From Candidatus Moanibacter sp. (GTDB lineage Bacteria; Verrucomicrobiota; Verrucomicrobiia; Opitutales; UBA2987), in contig CBDCEW010000075.1 of assembly GCA_965215885.1 (NCBI GenBank), forward strand, positions 13,582 to 77,581: a stretch of 64,000 nt of DNA. The letters run 5' to 3'. The notes below the pieces were generated by a model. It searched no databases and had not been told where the DNA came from. It saw only the letters and a list, made by a program, of their open reading frames with translations. This document shows, in pieces, positions 52,234 to 63,165 of the stretch (position 1 is its first letter; each line of letters begins with the position of its first letter). Both the position numbers and the translations under genes were made by a program.

Positions 52234-53640
52234 ATGCCTGACCAACCTTTCGATCTCACCGTTATCGGCTCTGGGCCGGGAGGATATGTTTGCGCCATTC
52301 GCGGGGCTCAACTCGGGCTGAAAACGGCTCTCATAGAAAAAGACCCCAATCTTGGCGGGACTTGCCTGAATGTCGGTTGCATTCCAAGCAAGGCTCTCCT
52401 GCATTCTACCGAAATGTACCACTTCGTGGCCCATCAGAGCAAAAATCATGGGATCGGGACCGGCGATGTATCGATCGATCTCAACCGCCTGATGAAGAAG
52501 AAAGATGGGGTGGTCCGCACTTTGCGCAAAGGTGTCGAAGCGTTGGTGTCGAAACGAAATATCTCAATCATTCGCGGGCGCGGGAAGATCGCGGGTCCTG
52601 GAGAGATCGAAATCCTCGCGGAGGAAGGGACCGAGAGAATTAGTAGCCGCAACATCGTCATCGCCACCGGCTCCAAAGTCGCCGAGCTTCCATTTATCCC
52701 CTTCGATGGTCAGACGGTCGTCTCGAGCGACCATGCTATCGCATTTCAGGATGTTCCGGAGAAGCTGCTCGTCGTCGGCGGAGGTGCTATCGGCCTGGAA
52801 TTGGGTTCAGTCTGGTCGCGCCTTGGCAGCGAGGTCTCAATCATCGAATTTCTGCCTAAAATCGCTCCAACTTTTGATGACGAAATCTCCCAGGCGGCCG
52901 AACGGATTTTCAGGAAACAAGGCATGAAGATTGAGACATCCGCGGCGGTCACTGGAATGGAAAAAATGAACGGTGGCGCTGTGGTCGGGGTAAAGAAAGG
53001 GGAAAAATTCCTTGAAATTGAGACAGACAAAGTTCTCGTGGCCGTTGGAAGGGCGCCCAACACTGCCGACCTCGGTCTTGAAGAATTGGGTATTCAAGTG
53101 GATGAGAAGGGTTTTATTCTCACCAACCGCGAATTTAAAACCAACTTGGAGGGCACTTACGCAATCGGCGATGCCACCCTCGGCCCTATGTTGGCCCATA
53201 AGGCGGAAGAAGAGGGAGTCGCGGTCGCCGAGATCATTTCCGGCAGGCACGGCGAAGTAAACTATGACGTCATTCCTAACGTGATTTACACGGACCCCGA
53301 AATAGCCGGCGTCGGTCTTTCCGAGTTCGAAGCCGGGAAACGCAATTTAAGGGTGAAGACCGGAAGTTTTCCCTTTGCCGCAAATGGTCGGGCAATTGCC
53401 TCCGATGCTACCGAGGGAATCGTAAAGATTATCGCGGATGCGACTTCGGATCGCCTCCTCGGTGTGCAGGTCCTGTCGAAAAATGCCTCAGAGCTTATTG
53501 CTTCCGCGGTCGCCCATATGGAGTACGGCGGAAGCGCCGAGGATCTCGCCCGTACCATCCATGCTCACCCCACCCTCTCAGAGTCTTTGAAAGAGGCCGC
53601 CTTAGCGGTCGACAATGCTTCCATACATTCGCTCCAATAG
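52234..53640 (+). CDS. lpdA: Dihydrolipoyl dehydrogenase E3
   Basis: [27 protein letters not shown]. Confidence 0.97.
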   Translation: MPDQPFDLTVIGSGPGGYVCAIRGAQLGLKTALIEKDPNLGGTCLNVGCIPSKALLHSTEMYHFVAHQSKNHGIGTGDVSIDLNRLMKKKDGVVRTLRKGVEALVSKRNISIIRGRGKIAGPGEIEILAEEGTERISSRNIVIATGSKVAELPFIPFDGQTVVSSDHAIAFQDVPEKLLVVGGGAIGLELGSVWSRLGSEVSIIEFLPKIAPTFDDEISQAAERIFRKQGMKIETSAAVTGMEKMNGGAVVGVKKGEKFLEIETDKVLVAVGRAPNTADLGLEELGIQVDEKGFILTNREFKTNLEGTYAIGDATLGPMLAHKAEEEGVAVAEIISGRHGEVNYDVIPNVIYTDPEIAGVGLSEFEAGKRNLRVKTGSFPFAANGRAIASDATEGIVKIIADATSDRLLGVQVLSKNASELIASAVAHMEYGGSAEDLARTIHAHPTLSESLKEAALAVDNASIHSLQ

Positions 53641-54359
53641 GGGAAAACAGGCCTACTACAGGCGCCAAAACGAGCACGATTACGATAGGCTGGGGCTGGA
53701 AATCCACACCAATGTCGTCGTCGTAATCGTAGTCGATCTTCTCTTTTCGACTTGAGCCTTTCGACTACGATTATGATTATGATTGCGACGAAAGACCGAA
53801 ATGGAAACTACCCTCTTTCATCGTGACTCTTAATCGTGATCTCTCGTCGATCTTCTCTTCTCTCGATTTCAGATCACGCTTATGATCACGACAAGAAGAT
53901 TGAAATGGTATCTAACTCTTCCATCGTGGCTCTCAATCGTGATCTCCAGTCGATCTTCTCACTTTTCGATTTTCGACCACGATTATGACGACGAATTTCG
54001 ATTAGGAATCGGCTCAATATATGATCGAAGGTCGTCGTCGTAATCGTAGTCGATGGTCGTAATTCTTCGCGCCACGAAGTTCACGACAGAGTTTACGACG
54101 TGGATTGAACAGATGTGATTCGAGCTCCTCCTTTGAGTTTCCTTTTCCCTTTAGGCCGGACCACCCGAAAGGGAAACCTTGTCCCGAACCTCATCCCGAA
54201 CCTTGTCGAATCCATTTCAACCCAAGATCACGGCCGGCCATGAACCCGGCGAATGGACTAAGATCACGACAGAGAGCCAACCAGTCCCCCTCCTCGTAAA
54301 CGACCGGTGAACTGCCCTATGGATCGCGGCATGCGCGAGGATCCTGGCAGTGTCCGGGT

Positions 54360-55862
54360 TCAAGAGGCTGCGAGCGGTTCGCCTGTTCGGGTCGGCTTCC
54401 AATTCGCCGGAGCGAGTTCGGCGATCTCGGTGATGTTCATGTCCGGCAATCTTTTGAGGACGTCAGTGAGGTAAGCGGATGGTTCAATTGCGTGCCGCCG
54501 GCAACTCTCAATGATCGAGTAAATTACGGCGCTTCTCCAACCGGCCTTGGGGTGGCCGATGAACATCCAGTTTTTCTTTCCCAGGGCGGTCGGCCGGATA
54601 GCATTCTCAATGAGGTTATTGTCGATTTCAACCTTGCCATGCTCGAGGTAGCGCTTGAGTGATTCCCACTGGTTCAGAGCATACTCAACGGCTTCACCCA
54701 TTTTGCTCCGCGGCAAGGCCCGCCGTTTGAGTATAGGCAAGGCTTTGCCCAAGCGTTCCACGATCATCCGACCATGGCTTTTCCGGTAGGCTTCGCGCAA
54801 GGCGGGACCGGCCCGCTGTTCGCGCAGAGGGCGCTCGTCTCTGTAGAGATTGTGGATCTGCCGCACCACCCAGCCGGCCAGCTTCGGATTCTCATCCATC
54901 GCCTCCACAAATTTGCGTCGCAGGTGTGCCCAGCACCCAAACAGGGTAATCCCGTTATGCTCCCGGGCGAAACTGCCATAGGCTGCGTAACCGTCGGTTT
55001 GGAGCAACCCTTCGTATCCGTTGAGGAACTGCTCGAGACATTTTACCCCACGGCCTGTGTGCCAGTCGTAGAGCACCTCGCCGCCGGGTCGCCCGTAGAC
55101 CCCCAGGTATCCTTTCCTGCAGCCCTCTTTCTTGCCTGCGTCCGGATCCAGGTAGCGGATGGGCGTTTCGTCCGCCTGGATGTAACCGCCCTCGAACAAT
55201 TGTAAGCACATGTAGTTGTAGATGGGTTTTAGCCATTGCGCTACCTGGTGGATCCAATCGAGCATGCTCTGGCGCGCCACCCTTACTCCGTAGCGTTCCC
55301 GGAAAATCTTCTCCTGCCGATACAACGGCAGGTGATCGACGTATTTGCTCAGTAATATGTGCACCAAAAGCCCCACTCCAGGGATCCCTTTTTCAATCAG
55401 CCGCGATGGTAATGGCGCCAGCACGGGAGGTTCCTGGGGCTTTTCGCGAGATACATATTTGCGCCGTATATAGCGCCGCCTGATAAATCGGGCCGGGAGC
55501 AAATCTAACTCTTCAGTGACTTCCTCACCGATCAACCGCCACTTTTGCGGTTCAACCTTCACCGCTTCGGGTTCGATTACGATCTCTTCGACTTCCAGGT
55601 GCTCGGGCAGACGCTGTCGCCTCGCCCCAGCTCCTTTGCGCGCCTTCGGCTCGGGTGGTGGCTCTGCCGTTTGCTCAGCGGGTTTGTTTTCCTCGGCCTG
55701 CTCCAGCCCGGCCAGGAGCAATTCCAGCTGTCCCGGATCGATCCGCTCGCTTTGGTTGCCTCCAAAGTAGCGCTTAATGAGCCAGCCGATCTTCTGACGT
55801 AAAAGCCGATTCTCCTCTCGGAGTTGCTCCAGCTCTGTTTGCAAAACCTCGACTTCAGGCAT
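54360..55862 (-). CDS. tnpC: IS66 transposase TnpC
   Basis: HLPLYRQ, ADET, TDGYAAY, CWAHLRRKF, DNNLIENAIR. Confidence 0.97.
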   Translation of the reverse strand: MPEVEVLQTELEQLREENRLLRQKIGWLIKRYFGGNQSERIDPGQLELLLAGLEQAEENKPAEQTAEPPPEPKARKGAGARRQRLPEHLEVEEIVIEPEAVKVEPQKWRLIGEEVTEELDLLPARFIRRRYIRRKYVSREKPQEPPVLAPLPSRLIEKGIPGVGLLVHILLSKYVDHLPLYRQEKIFRERYGVRVARQSMLDWIHQVAQWLKPIYNYMCLQLFEGGYIQADETPIRYLDPDAGKKEGCRKGYLGVYGRPGGEVLYDWHTGRGVKCLEQFLNGYEGLLQTDGYAAYGSFAREHNGITLFGCWAHLRRKFVEAMDENPKLAGWVVRQIHNLYRDERPLREQRAGPALREAYRKSHGRMIVERLGKALPILKRRALPRSKMGEAVEYALNQWESLKRYLEHGKVEIDNNLIENAIRPTALGKKNWMFIGHPKAGWRSAVIYSIIESCRRHAIEPSAYLTDVLKRLPDMNITEIAELAPANWKPTRTGEPLAAS

Positions 55863-55930
55863 GAAAACAATACTAAACTAACGGTAATAAGAAAAGCACT
55901 ACTTTTTTCAAAAAAATCACTTTTTTTGAC

Positions 55931-56281
55931 CTAACGCTGATACCAGGGCCGCATCTTCCCCTCCCTCAGGTCGATCCCGTTCAAGAGCATGCTCAACGCT
56001 TCAGGGCGCAATGGAAGCTTCTGATCTTTCAAGTCCACTCCCTGCGGCCAGCTGAACCGACCCTTCTCTAATCGCTTTGCGAAAACCCATAACCCCGTGC
56101 CGTCCCAATACAGAATCTTGACCCGGTCCCGGCTGCGATTGCAGAAGACAAAGTCCGCTCCGCTCAACGGGTCTTCCTTGAGCTGATTGGCCGCCAGGGC
56201 GTAGAGACCATTAAAGCTCTTTCGCAGATCCGTTACTCCCACGGCCAGGAAAACCTTCATCGTTCCCGGTAAGCTCAGCAT
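55931..56281 (-). CDS. tnpB: IS66 accessory protein TnpB
   Basis: DLRKSFNGL, KILYWDGTG, KRLEKGRFSWP. Confidence 0.96.
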   Translation of the reverse strand: MLSLPGTMKVFLAVGVTDLRKSFNGLYALAANQLKEDPLSGADFVFCNRSRDRVKILYWDGTGLWVFAKRLEKGRFSWPQGVDLKDQKLPLRPEALSMLLNGIDLREGKMRPWYQR

Positions 56282-56640
56282 CCCGATTCCCTCAACGCCT
56301 TCACCAGACTCGCCACTTGTTCCACCGCAACACCGCAGTCCACCTCCACCCGTATCGGGTCCCCTAAGACGATCTCGATCCGATCCTCCGTGACCGCGCT
56401 GCTCTGCACCGTAACTTCGGCAAACCGCGCCCCCGCCGATTTTACCCCGCTGCTTCTGTGCCCGGCCCGGTCCTTGCGCAGCCATCCCATAAAGGTCATA
56501 TACTTGATACCGTGCCGCTGGGCAAACGCCCTCTGCGTCTGATTGCTGCGACGGTATGCGCTTATCAGTCGCCTGCGCTCCTGCCGACTTCGTCGAACGA
56601 TTCGCTTCGACCGTGTCCGCCCTCTCGTTTTTTCTCCCAT
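56275..56640 (-). CDS. tnpA: IS66 accessory protein TnpA
   Basis: HTH (TQRAFAQRHGIKYMTFMGW), FAEV; overlaps tnpB. Confidence 0.88.
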   Translation of the reverse strand: MGEKTRGRTRSKRIVRRSRQERRRLISAYRRSNQTQRAFAQRHGIKYMTFMGWLRKDRAGHRSSGVKSAGARFAEVTVQSSAVTEDRIEIVLGDPIRVEVDCGVAVEQVASLVKALRESGC

Positions 56641-56949
56641 CCCACAATCATATCACGGTCGGCATCTTTGCGCTACAAGGTCGTTGCCCGGTCGCTTACC
56701 CCTCCTCCATCGTGGTCTTCGGTCGATCTTCTCTGCCTTCGAATTTAGATCACGACCATGATCACGACGGGAGGATCTAATAAGCTCCACTCCCTCATCG
56801 TGACTCTCAATCGTGATCTCCAATCGATCCTCTCTGCCTTCGAATTTAGATCACGATTATGATCACGACGGGAGGATTGAAAACAGCATGAGCCGTAGCG
56901 CCGTGCTAAAGCCCCGCGCTACTTCCTCGGAATATTTAGTTGCAGGCCC

Positions 56950-58843
56950 CACGGTATTTTGATTCTCGGAGCATTAGGTGATGATATTGATGGCCTTATG
57001 TAAGTTAAAGACGAAATCATCACAGAGTGCGGGAGTGGATTCAGCGCCCATGGAAGACTTGAGGCTGAGAACCAGTTGCCTGCATGCAGCAAGAATTCTG
57101 GCTGCGTTATGATTACGGATCATACATCGATCTTCATCGAAGAAGCGATCCCTGGGGTAATGATTTTTATTTTCGATCGAGCAATGGTTGCGAATTTTCG
57201 AGAGGAACTGTTGAGGGCTCAAATCGGCGGGATCGAGACTGCTTACGTAGTAAGAGCGTTCAGAGGAAGGTTCAGCTTTGTTTGGATAATGGAAGGTGCG
57301 TTGCACACAGGCGAACTGGCGGGCATGGGGCAGGCCGGCAGAGGGAGCGCTTAGAGAATGGGTTGCTATTTGACGTATTTCGAGTCGCCCATGGTCATTG
57401 TCCACGGTTTGGTGGAGAAAAAGGGGGTGGAGCTGAAGAGATTCTGAGCGTATTGATGCATGTTGGGCTGATTGTCTTTAATTTGAATAACATAGTCAGC
57501 ACTGAGTTCTTCGACGACGATGTGGGCAGTTTCTTTTTGATTATGCATGGCGTCGAAGGTGAAGGTGGAGCCGTCCAAAATGGGCATCTTTCGCAAGAGA
57601 GTCTGGGCGGCGGTGATCTCGTTGGATTTATCGGCGGTAGCGACTTGGGCTAAGGTTTGAGCGCTTTGGTGATCGACTGCGGCCACCAGGTGCAGAGCCT
57701 TTGATTCTTCGGTGTTTGTGCCTTTGAGGGTCTTGCCGTCGACGGCAATATCGCGGGGCAAACAGCCGTCTTGTAAGCAGATGAATTCGGTGAGGGTTTT
57801 ATCGAAGAGCTCGGCCTTTACGTTTTGCAAGACCCGATAGAAGACATCATAGCAAGGGGCCTTATAGCGGCCTGTTTTGGGGTTTTTCCAGGAGCGTAAG
57901 GCGCGCAATTGGGCTTGATTGAGATGATGGGCCAGGCGCACGATGCCCTTGAGGGTCTGTTTGCCGCACATCGTGCCGAGCACAATCATGCTCAGGACCG
58001 TGGCGAGCCGATATCTAAGGCCCGCTTTACGACGGAAGTCTTCTATCTGATTGAAGCGTTCCCACAGGCTGCTCATCTGTTCCACTTTGAGGCAGACCGC
58101 ATGGGAGTTATCGGTTTCATTGAGCGCCTGGCTCTGTGCCGCGGGCAATGGCCCTGAAGCGCGCAAAAGCTCAAGGGCATTAGCCTTGAGGGGTTTGACC
58201 CAGATCTGCTTGGGACGCTCATGGCGTTGATAGAAATCTTCGCGTTGGCGGCCATATCCCGCGCTCAAGCCCAAGGGCGTCCACCCGCTCGCTTCGTAGC
58301 AAGTGCCCCGGTGAATCTGTGGGTCCACGAACGTTTCCGCTACTAAGGGACGATAGCCAAAAGCCTCCTGCCAGTGATCGGCTAAGACTCTCAGGCACAT
58401 ACCCAACGTCTTGGAGGCCAAATTTGCAAGATCCACCCAGGGCAAAATCAGAAAACGCCGGTTCTGTACTACCAGTTTCAATCGTGCATGCCGTTGCGCC
58501 CCGTCCCACCCGATCCATTCGTCTCGATCCTTCAGCCGGTAGGATGCGGCCCCACACAAGAGCAGGCCCATCCATTGCCCGTCGATCTGCGCCACATAGC
58601 GCAGGGTCTCTCCTGCGCTGCCCGCACTGTGTAAATAATGATGTTGTTTCAATAGATCATTGAATCGCTCCTGCTCTTCGGGCAGGACCAGACGCAGAGT
58701 TAAACGATCTATCGAAGGATTCAGTTGGTAAGATTTTTTGTCTTTCATCCCATCTTAACATGACTGATTCCCTCGGGTTTGTCTAGCTCTTTTTTTATCT
58801 TCTTGCTTATCAGCTAGTTGCTTCCTGGAATCCTTTTACCCTG
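56950..58843 (-). mobile_element. ISAs1-family element
   Basis: Imperfect TIRs CACGGTATTTTGATTC / GAATCCTTTTACCCTG; 10-bp direct repeat TTGCAGGCCC. Confidence 0.9.
56974..58748 (-). CDS. DUF4338-fused ISAs1 transposase in two overlapping frames
   Basis: ORF1: HHYL, RFLILP, ETFVD, then AVDGKTL, KSNEI, DAMH, KDNQ; ORF2: HGRLEIR, IENKNH, FDED. Confidence 0.9.
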
Positions 58844-58862
58844 TTGCAGGCCCCCCCGGCCC

Positions 58863-60125
58863 TTATCCGCCATTGACTCTCTTCAGCACTAGGGTGGCGT
58901 TCTGTCCGCCAAAGCCGAGGTTATTGCTGACGGCGACATTTACGGTGGCCTCAGTCTTTACATTGGGGACGTAATTGAGATCACAATCCGGATCCGGTTC
59001 CTCGTAATTGATAGTCGGCGGAATATCACCGGTTTCAATCGCCTTCGCGCATACCGCCGCTTCGATCCCTCCGGCGGCGCCGAGGAGGTGGCCTGTCATC
59101 GATTTCGTCGAACTCATGAGCAGGTCCCGCGAACGATCGCCAAACACTTGCTTTATGGCTTTTGTCTCCGTCCGGTCATTATATGGAGTCGAGGTGCCAT
59201 GGGCGTTAATGTAATCCACTTCCTCCGGTTCGATCCCAGCCTCACTCAGCGCATTGCGAAGAGAGAGGACGAGACCGGATCCCGTCGGGTCCGGTGAAGT
59301 AACATGAAAGGCATCACAGGTGGCGGCATATCCCGACACTTCGCAGTAGACTTTGGCATTTCGTTTCCTGGCATGCTCCAGCGATTCGAGAATAACGACA
59401 CCGGAACCTTCACCCATGACAAACCCATCTCGCGTCTTATCAAATGGTCTGCTCGCGCGGTGAGGATCGTCGTTACGGCTCGTAGTCATAGCCTTCATAT
59501 TGCAGAAACCGGCGTAACTCAGAGGAGTGATAGCGGCCTCACTTCCACCCGCTACGATAATGTCGGCATCACCATTTCGAATCAGCCGCATCGATTCACC
59601 GATTGCGTGTGAGCCGGTCGCACAAGCGCTCACGAGTCCAAAATTGGGTCCCTGCGCCCCTATGTCGATCGCCACTACCCCGGAGGCAATATTACCGATC
59701 AGGGAGGGGATGGTGAAAGGGCTCACCTTTCTCGGGCCCATATAACGGAGGCGTTCGGATTGATTTTCGATGGTTTCCATGCCCCCTATTCCGGAACCGA
59801 TAATGACACCGAAGCGAGTTGGATCGAGAGAGGCCGTGTCAAGATTTCCATCCTCCAGGGCTCGCCTAGTCGCCGCTACGGCGTAATGAGTAAATCGGTC
59901 GTTACGCCTCACGTCTTTGGCATCCATGAAATCAGTTGGATCGAAATCTCGAATTTCGGCTCCTACCTGACAGGAGTATTCGGAAATTTCGAAACGCGTT
60001 ACGAGTTCTATTCCACACTTTCCCGCAAGGAGACTCTCCCAGAACTCGTCAATATTGTGGCCAATCGAAGTAAGCACGCCCAAGCCGCTTATGACGACCT
60101 GAGAATTTGACGAGGAATCCTGCAT
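58863..60125 (-). CDS. fabF: 3-oxoacyl-ACP synthase II
   Basis: SACATG, NAHGTST, KSMTGHLLGAAG, GFGG. Confidence 0.97.
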   Translation of the reverse strand: MQDSSSNSQVVISGLGVLTSIGHNIDEFWESLLAGKCGIELVTRFEISEYSCQVGAEIRDFDPTDFMDAKDVRRNDRFTHYAVAATRRALEDGNLDTASLDPTRFGVIIGSGIGGMETIENQSERLRYMGPRKVSPFTIPSLIGNIASGVVAIDIGAQGPNFGLVSACATGSHAIGESMRLIRNGDADIIVAGGSEAAITPLSYAGFCNMKAMTTSRNDDPHRASRPFDKTRDGFVMGEGSGVVILESLEHARKRNAKVYCEVSGYAATCDAFHVTSPDPTGSGLVLSLRNALSEAGIEPEEVDYINAHGTSTPYNDRTETKAIKQVFGDRSRDLLMSSTKSMTGHLLGAAGGIEAAVCAKAIETGDIPPTINYEEPDPDCDLNYVPNVKTEATVNVAVSNNLGFGGQNATLVLKRVNGG

Positions 60126-60164
60126 TAAGGAAAAAACAACCTCACCTAATGCCGGGGCATGCGG

Positions 60165-60422
60165 TCATTTCGCCGCAACGTCTTCGATGTACTTTACGAC
60201 GTCCCCCACCGTTTGCAGTTTTTCTGCGTCTGATTCGGGTATTTCGCCATCAATTTCGTCTTTGAATTCCTCTTCGAAGGCCATGATCAACTCGACCGTG
60301 TCAAGGGAATCGGCGCCCAGATCGTCAAGGAACGACGCCTCGGGAGTGACCTGCTCATCATTTACGTTGAGCTGGTTAACGATTATTTCTCTTACGCGCT
60401 GCTCGATTGATTGTTCTGCCAT
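60165..60422 (-). CDS. acpP: Acyl carrier protein
   Basis: [20 protein letters not shown]. Confidence 0.97.
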   Translation of the reverse strand: MAEQSIEQRVREIIVNQLNVNDEQVTPEASFLDDLGADSLDTVELIMAFEEEFKDEIDGEIPESDAEKLQTVGDVVKYIEDVAAK

Positions 60423-60457
60423 CTTTTCTGACAATATTAACTGTTCTCTATTTCCGA

Positions 60458-61204
60458 TCACATCACAAGGCCGCCGTCAACGGTAAAAACCTGCCCCGTT
60501 ATATAGCTCGCCTCTTCCGAACAAAGAAAGGCCACTGCATGAGCTACATCCATGGGATTACCGAAACGCCGCAAAGGAATGCTCTTTAAAATGAGTTCCG
60601 TCGTCCTTTCGTCAAGCCCCGAGGTCATATCAGTCTCAATAAAACCAGGAGCGACTGCGTTTACGGTTATGGAGCGGGAAGAAAACTCTCGCGCGAGCGT
60701 CTTGGTTAAGCCAATCATCCCCGCTTTGGCCGATACATAGTTAGCCTGCCCCGCATTACCGGTAAGACCCCCTACTGAAGCCACATTCACTATACGGCCC
60801 CAGCGTTTGCGAGCCATGGGATGGGCCAGATTCTTCGTCCAGTAGAAGCAGCTGGCAAGGTTTGTGTTGATAACCTCATGCCATGCCTCGTCCGACATCC
60901 GCAAGATCAACCCGTCGCGAGTGATGCCGGCATTGTTGACAAGAATGTCTACGTTCCCGAATTCTTCCAATACCAATTTGGACGCTGCCTTCACGGCTTC
61001 ACTATCGGATACATCGACGACGAAGGCTTTTGCACTGCCACCCGCCTCCTCTATGGCTTGCGCGGCAGCACCGCAACTCTCTTCGGACTTACTCACACAT
61101 ACTAAGGTAACCCCTTGCTGTGCAAGAAGCTCCGCAATCGCCCGGCCGATTCCACGACCGGCCCCGGTTACCAGAGCTACTCGATTCTCAAATGTAAACG
61201 CCAT
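60458..61204 (-). CDS. fabG: 3-oxoacyl-ACP reductase
   Basis: [23 protein letters not shown]. Confidence 0.96.
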   Translation of the reverse strand: MAFTFENRVALVTGAGRGIGRAIAELLAQQGVTLVCVSKSEESCGAAAQAIEEAGGSAKAFVVDVSDSEAVKAASKLVLEEFGNVDILVNNAGITRDGLILRMSDEAWHEVINTNLASCFYWTKNLAHPMARKRWGRIVNVASVGGLTGNAGQANYVSAKAGMIGLTKTLAREFSSRSITVNAVAPGFIETDMTSGLDERTTELILKSIPLRRFGNPMDVAHAVAFLCSEEASYITGQVFTVDGGLVM

Positions 61205-61218
61205 CCTGAAATTCTAGC

Positions 61219-62412
61219 TCAATACACATCACGTTGGTACCTTTTCTCTTTTTTTGCAACTTTGATGAATTCCCGCGCTTCCTCCGCAGACATGTCTCCG
61301 TGCTCTTCGGCAATCTTATGCAGAGCGGCATCCACATCCGGAGCCATGTACTCAGCGTCGCCACAAACGTAGAAATAGGCTCCTTCACTTAACCATGCCC
61401 AAATTTCGGCGCCGTTATGGAGAATCTTGTCTTGCACATAGATTTTATAATCCTGATCCCGAGACCATGCGAGATCGATGCGGCTCAAATGGCCGTCAGC
61501 CACATATTGTTCGAACTCTTCTCCATATGAATAATCCGTGGCGGCGTGCTGGTCGCCAAAGAATATCCACGAACGCCCGGTTCCTCTCCTTGCGATACGC
61601 TCTTGAAGAAATGCGCGAAACGGTGCGATGCCGGTGCCGGGGCCGACCATAATGAGATCAGTAGAATCATCATCGGGCAGGCCAAAATGCGATCTCGCTA
61701 CAAAAATCGGGACAACCGGTTCATTTAAAGGCATCCTTTCCGCCATATAGGTAGAACACACACCGATTCTTTCCCTCTCATTCGTGACATATCGCAACGT
61801 TGCGACCATGAGATGAACTTCATCGGGATAGAGTGTCGGCGAAGAGGCGATCGAATAGAGCCTCGGCACCAGTTTTCGTAGGATCAGGATAAACTCCTGG
61901 GGCGAAAACCGGCAGCTCGGATATTCCTCCAGTAAATCAATGAGTTCGCGATCGGCGAGGTATTCTTTCATCGCCCTTCGAGACTCCCGATCGAGGAGAG
62001 TATCAAGTTTCACTTTCTCTTCATCTATTGTAGATTTCTCAAAAAAAGCCCTCAGTACTTTCAGAGAAGGCTGGGCCAACGAAAATCGGCTCGTGAGCGC
62101 TTCTCTCAGAGAAATATCAGCTTCATCTCTAGGCACGCGCACAACTTCTTCCCCCGTCATTTCCAATGTAGCTAACACCTCTTTGATTCCCTCTTCGGCA
62201 TTCATTGAAAACACAGCGAGCGAATCGCCACAGCTGTAGGTCAAACCGCTTCCGGATATATCGACCACATAGTGTCGCGTGTCCTTTGCGCTCCCCGGCT
62301 TGCTCAGCAGCCGGTTTTCCACAACCTTCGCATGAAACGGGTTGTTCTTTTTATAGATTGATTTTTCGACAGTCTGAGTCATTTCAGATTTAACAGGCCC
62401 TAAGGATTCCAA
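61219..62412 (-). CDS. CysJ-like FAD/NADPH oxidoreductase without flavodoxin domain
   Basis: RLYSIASS, GPGTGIAPF, YVCGDA, RYQRDVY. Confidence 0.9.
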   Translation of the reverse strand: MESLGPVKSEMTQTVEKSIYKKNNPFHAKVVENRLLSKPGSAKDTRHYVVDISGSGLTYSCGDSLAVFSMNAEEGIKEVLATLEMTGEEVVRVPRDEADISLREALTSRFSLAQPSLKVLRAFFEKSTIDEEKVKLDTLLDRESRRAMKEYLADRELIDLLEEYPSCRFSPQEFILILRKLVPRLYSIASSPTLYPDEVHLMVATLRYVTNERERIGVCSTYMAERMPLNEPVVPIFVARSHFGLPDDDSTDLIMVGPGTGIAPFRAFLQERIARRGTGRSWIFFGDQHAATDYSYGEEFEQYVADGHLSRIDLAWSRDQDYKIYVQDKILHNGAEIWAWLSEGAYFYVCGDAEYMAPDVDAALHKIAEEHGDMSAEEAREFIKVAKKEKRYQRDVY

Positions 62413-62430
62413 TTAGCAGACATTTTTTAG

Positions 62431-63165
62431 ATGAATCGAGGATATTCCAAGGTCAGATTGCAGAGAATTCTAGCCGACCGGGGCTATTCATCGCGTCGAA
62501 AGGCAGAAAAGCTCATTGCAGACGGACAGGTTACCGTGAACGGCAGTATCGCTGAGCTCGGTCAGAAAGCGGATCCGCTTATTGACTGCGTAAAGGTCAA
62601 AGGAAAGCTACTCCCATTAGGCGAATTAGAGTCGATTACAATGCTTCTAAACAAACCCAGAGGCCTAATCTGCAGCCACCGGGATCCATATCATTCCAAC
62701 ACTGTATTCGATCTGATTCCGAGCAAATACTCTCGACATCATCTCTTTTGCGCCGGACGCCTCGATAAAGAAAGCGAAGGATTACTCATTATTACTAGTG
62801 ATGGCGGACTCGCTCAGCGTCTCATGCACCCTCGGAACGAAATCAGAAAACGCTACCGGGTTTCCCTCAACAAACCATTCGACACTTCGAGAATCCCTCT
62901 GCTCATTCGAGGGGTAACTGTAAAAGGTGAGCGCCTGAAAGCGGAAAGAATATTACCACTGAAGAGGGGAAGCGCACGGACAACAGGTCTCGAATTGCAT
63001 CTTCAGCACGGACGAAATCGTGAAATCCGCCGCATGTTGGAAGCGCTTGGATACCGCGTTGAGAGGTTACAACGATTCCAGATTGGTAAACTCGTGTTGC
63101 GCGGTACAGGACCGGGAAAATTCCGTATCCTCGGCGAAAAAGACTTGCGCCTGTTATTCAGTTAG
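62431..63165 (+). CDS. RluB/RsuA-family rRNA pseudouridine synthase
   Basis: S4 domain SRRKAE, NKPRG, GRLDKESEGL, GRNREIRRM. Confidence 0.93.
   Translation: MNRGYSKVRLQRILADRGYSSRRKAEKLIADGQVTVNGSIAELGQKADPLIDCVKVKGKLLPLGELESITMLLNKPRGLICSHRDPYHSNTVFDLIPSKYSRHHLFCAGRLDKESEGLLIITSDGGLAQRLMHPRNEIRKRYRVSLNKPFDTSRIPLLIRGVTVKGERLKAERILPLKRGSARTTGLELHLQHGRNREIRRMLEALGYRVERLQRFQIGKLVLRGTGPGKFRILGEKDLRLLFS

Larger units (their letters stand above)
54296..56699 (-). mobile_element. IS66-family insertion sequence
   Basis: TIRs GTAAACGACCGG / CCGGTCGCTTAC; 8-bp direct repeat CCCTCCTC. Confidence 0.96.
53714..56880. repeat. Degenerate ~100-bp hairpin array interrupted by IS66
   Basis: Units starting GTCGATCTTCTC at 53732, 53846, 53949, 56722, 56823. 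Confidence 0.8.

Noticed and set aside
53714..56880. CRISPR array
   Set aside because: Repeats are long and degenerate, the variable parts resemble each other, and no cas genes are present
57366..58748. Druantia defence system
   Set aside because: DUF4338 is inside an IS with TIRs and target duplication; no DruE helicase or partner genes
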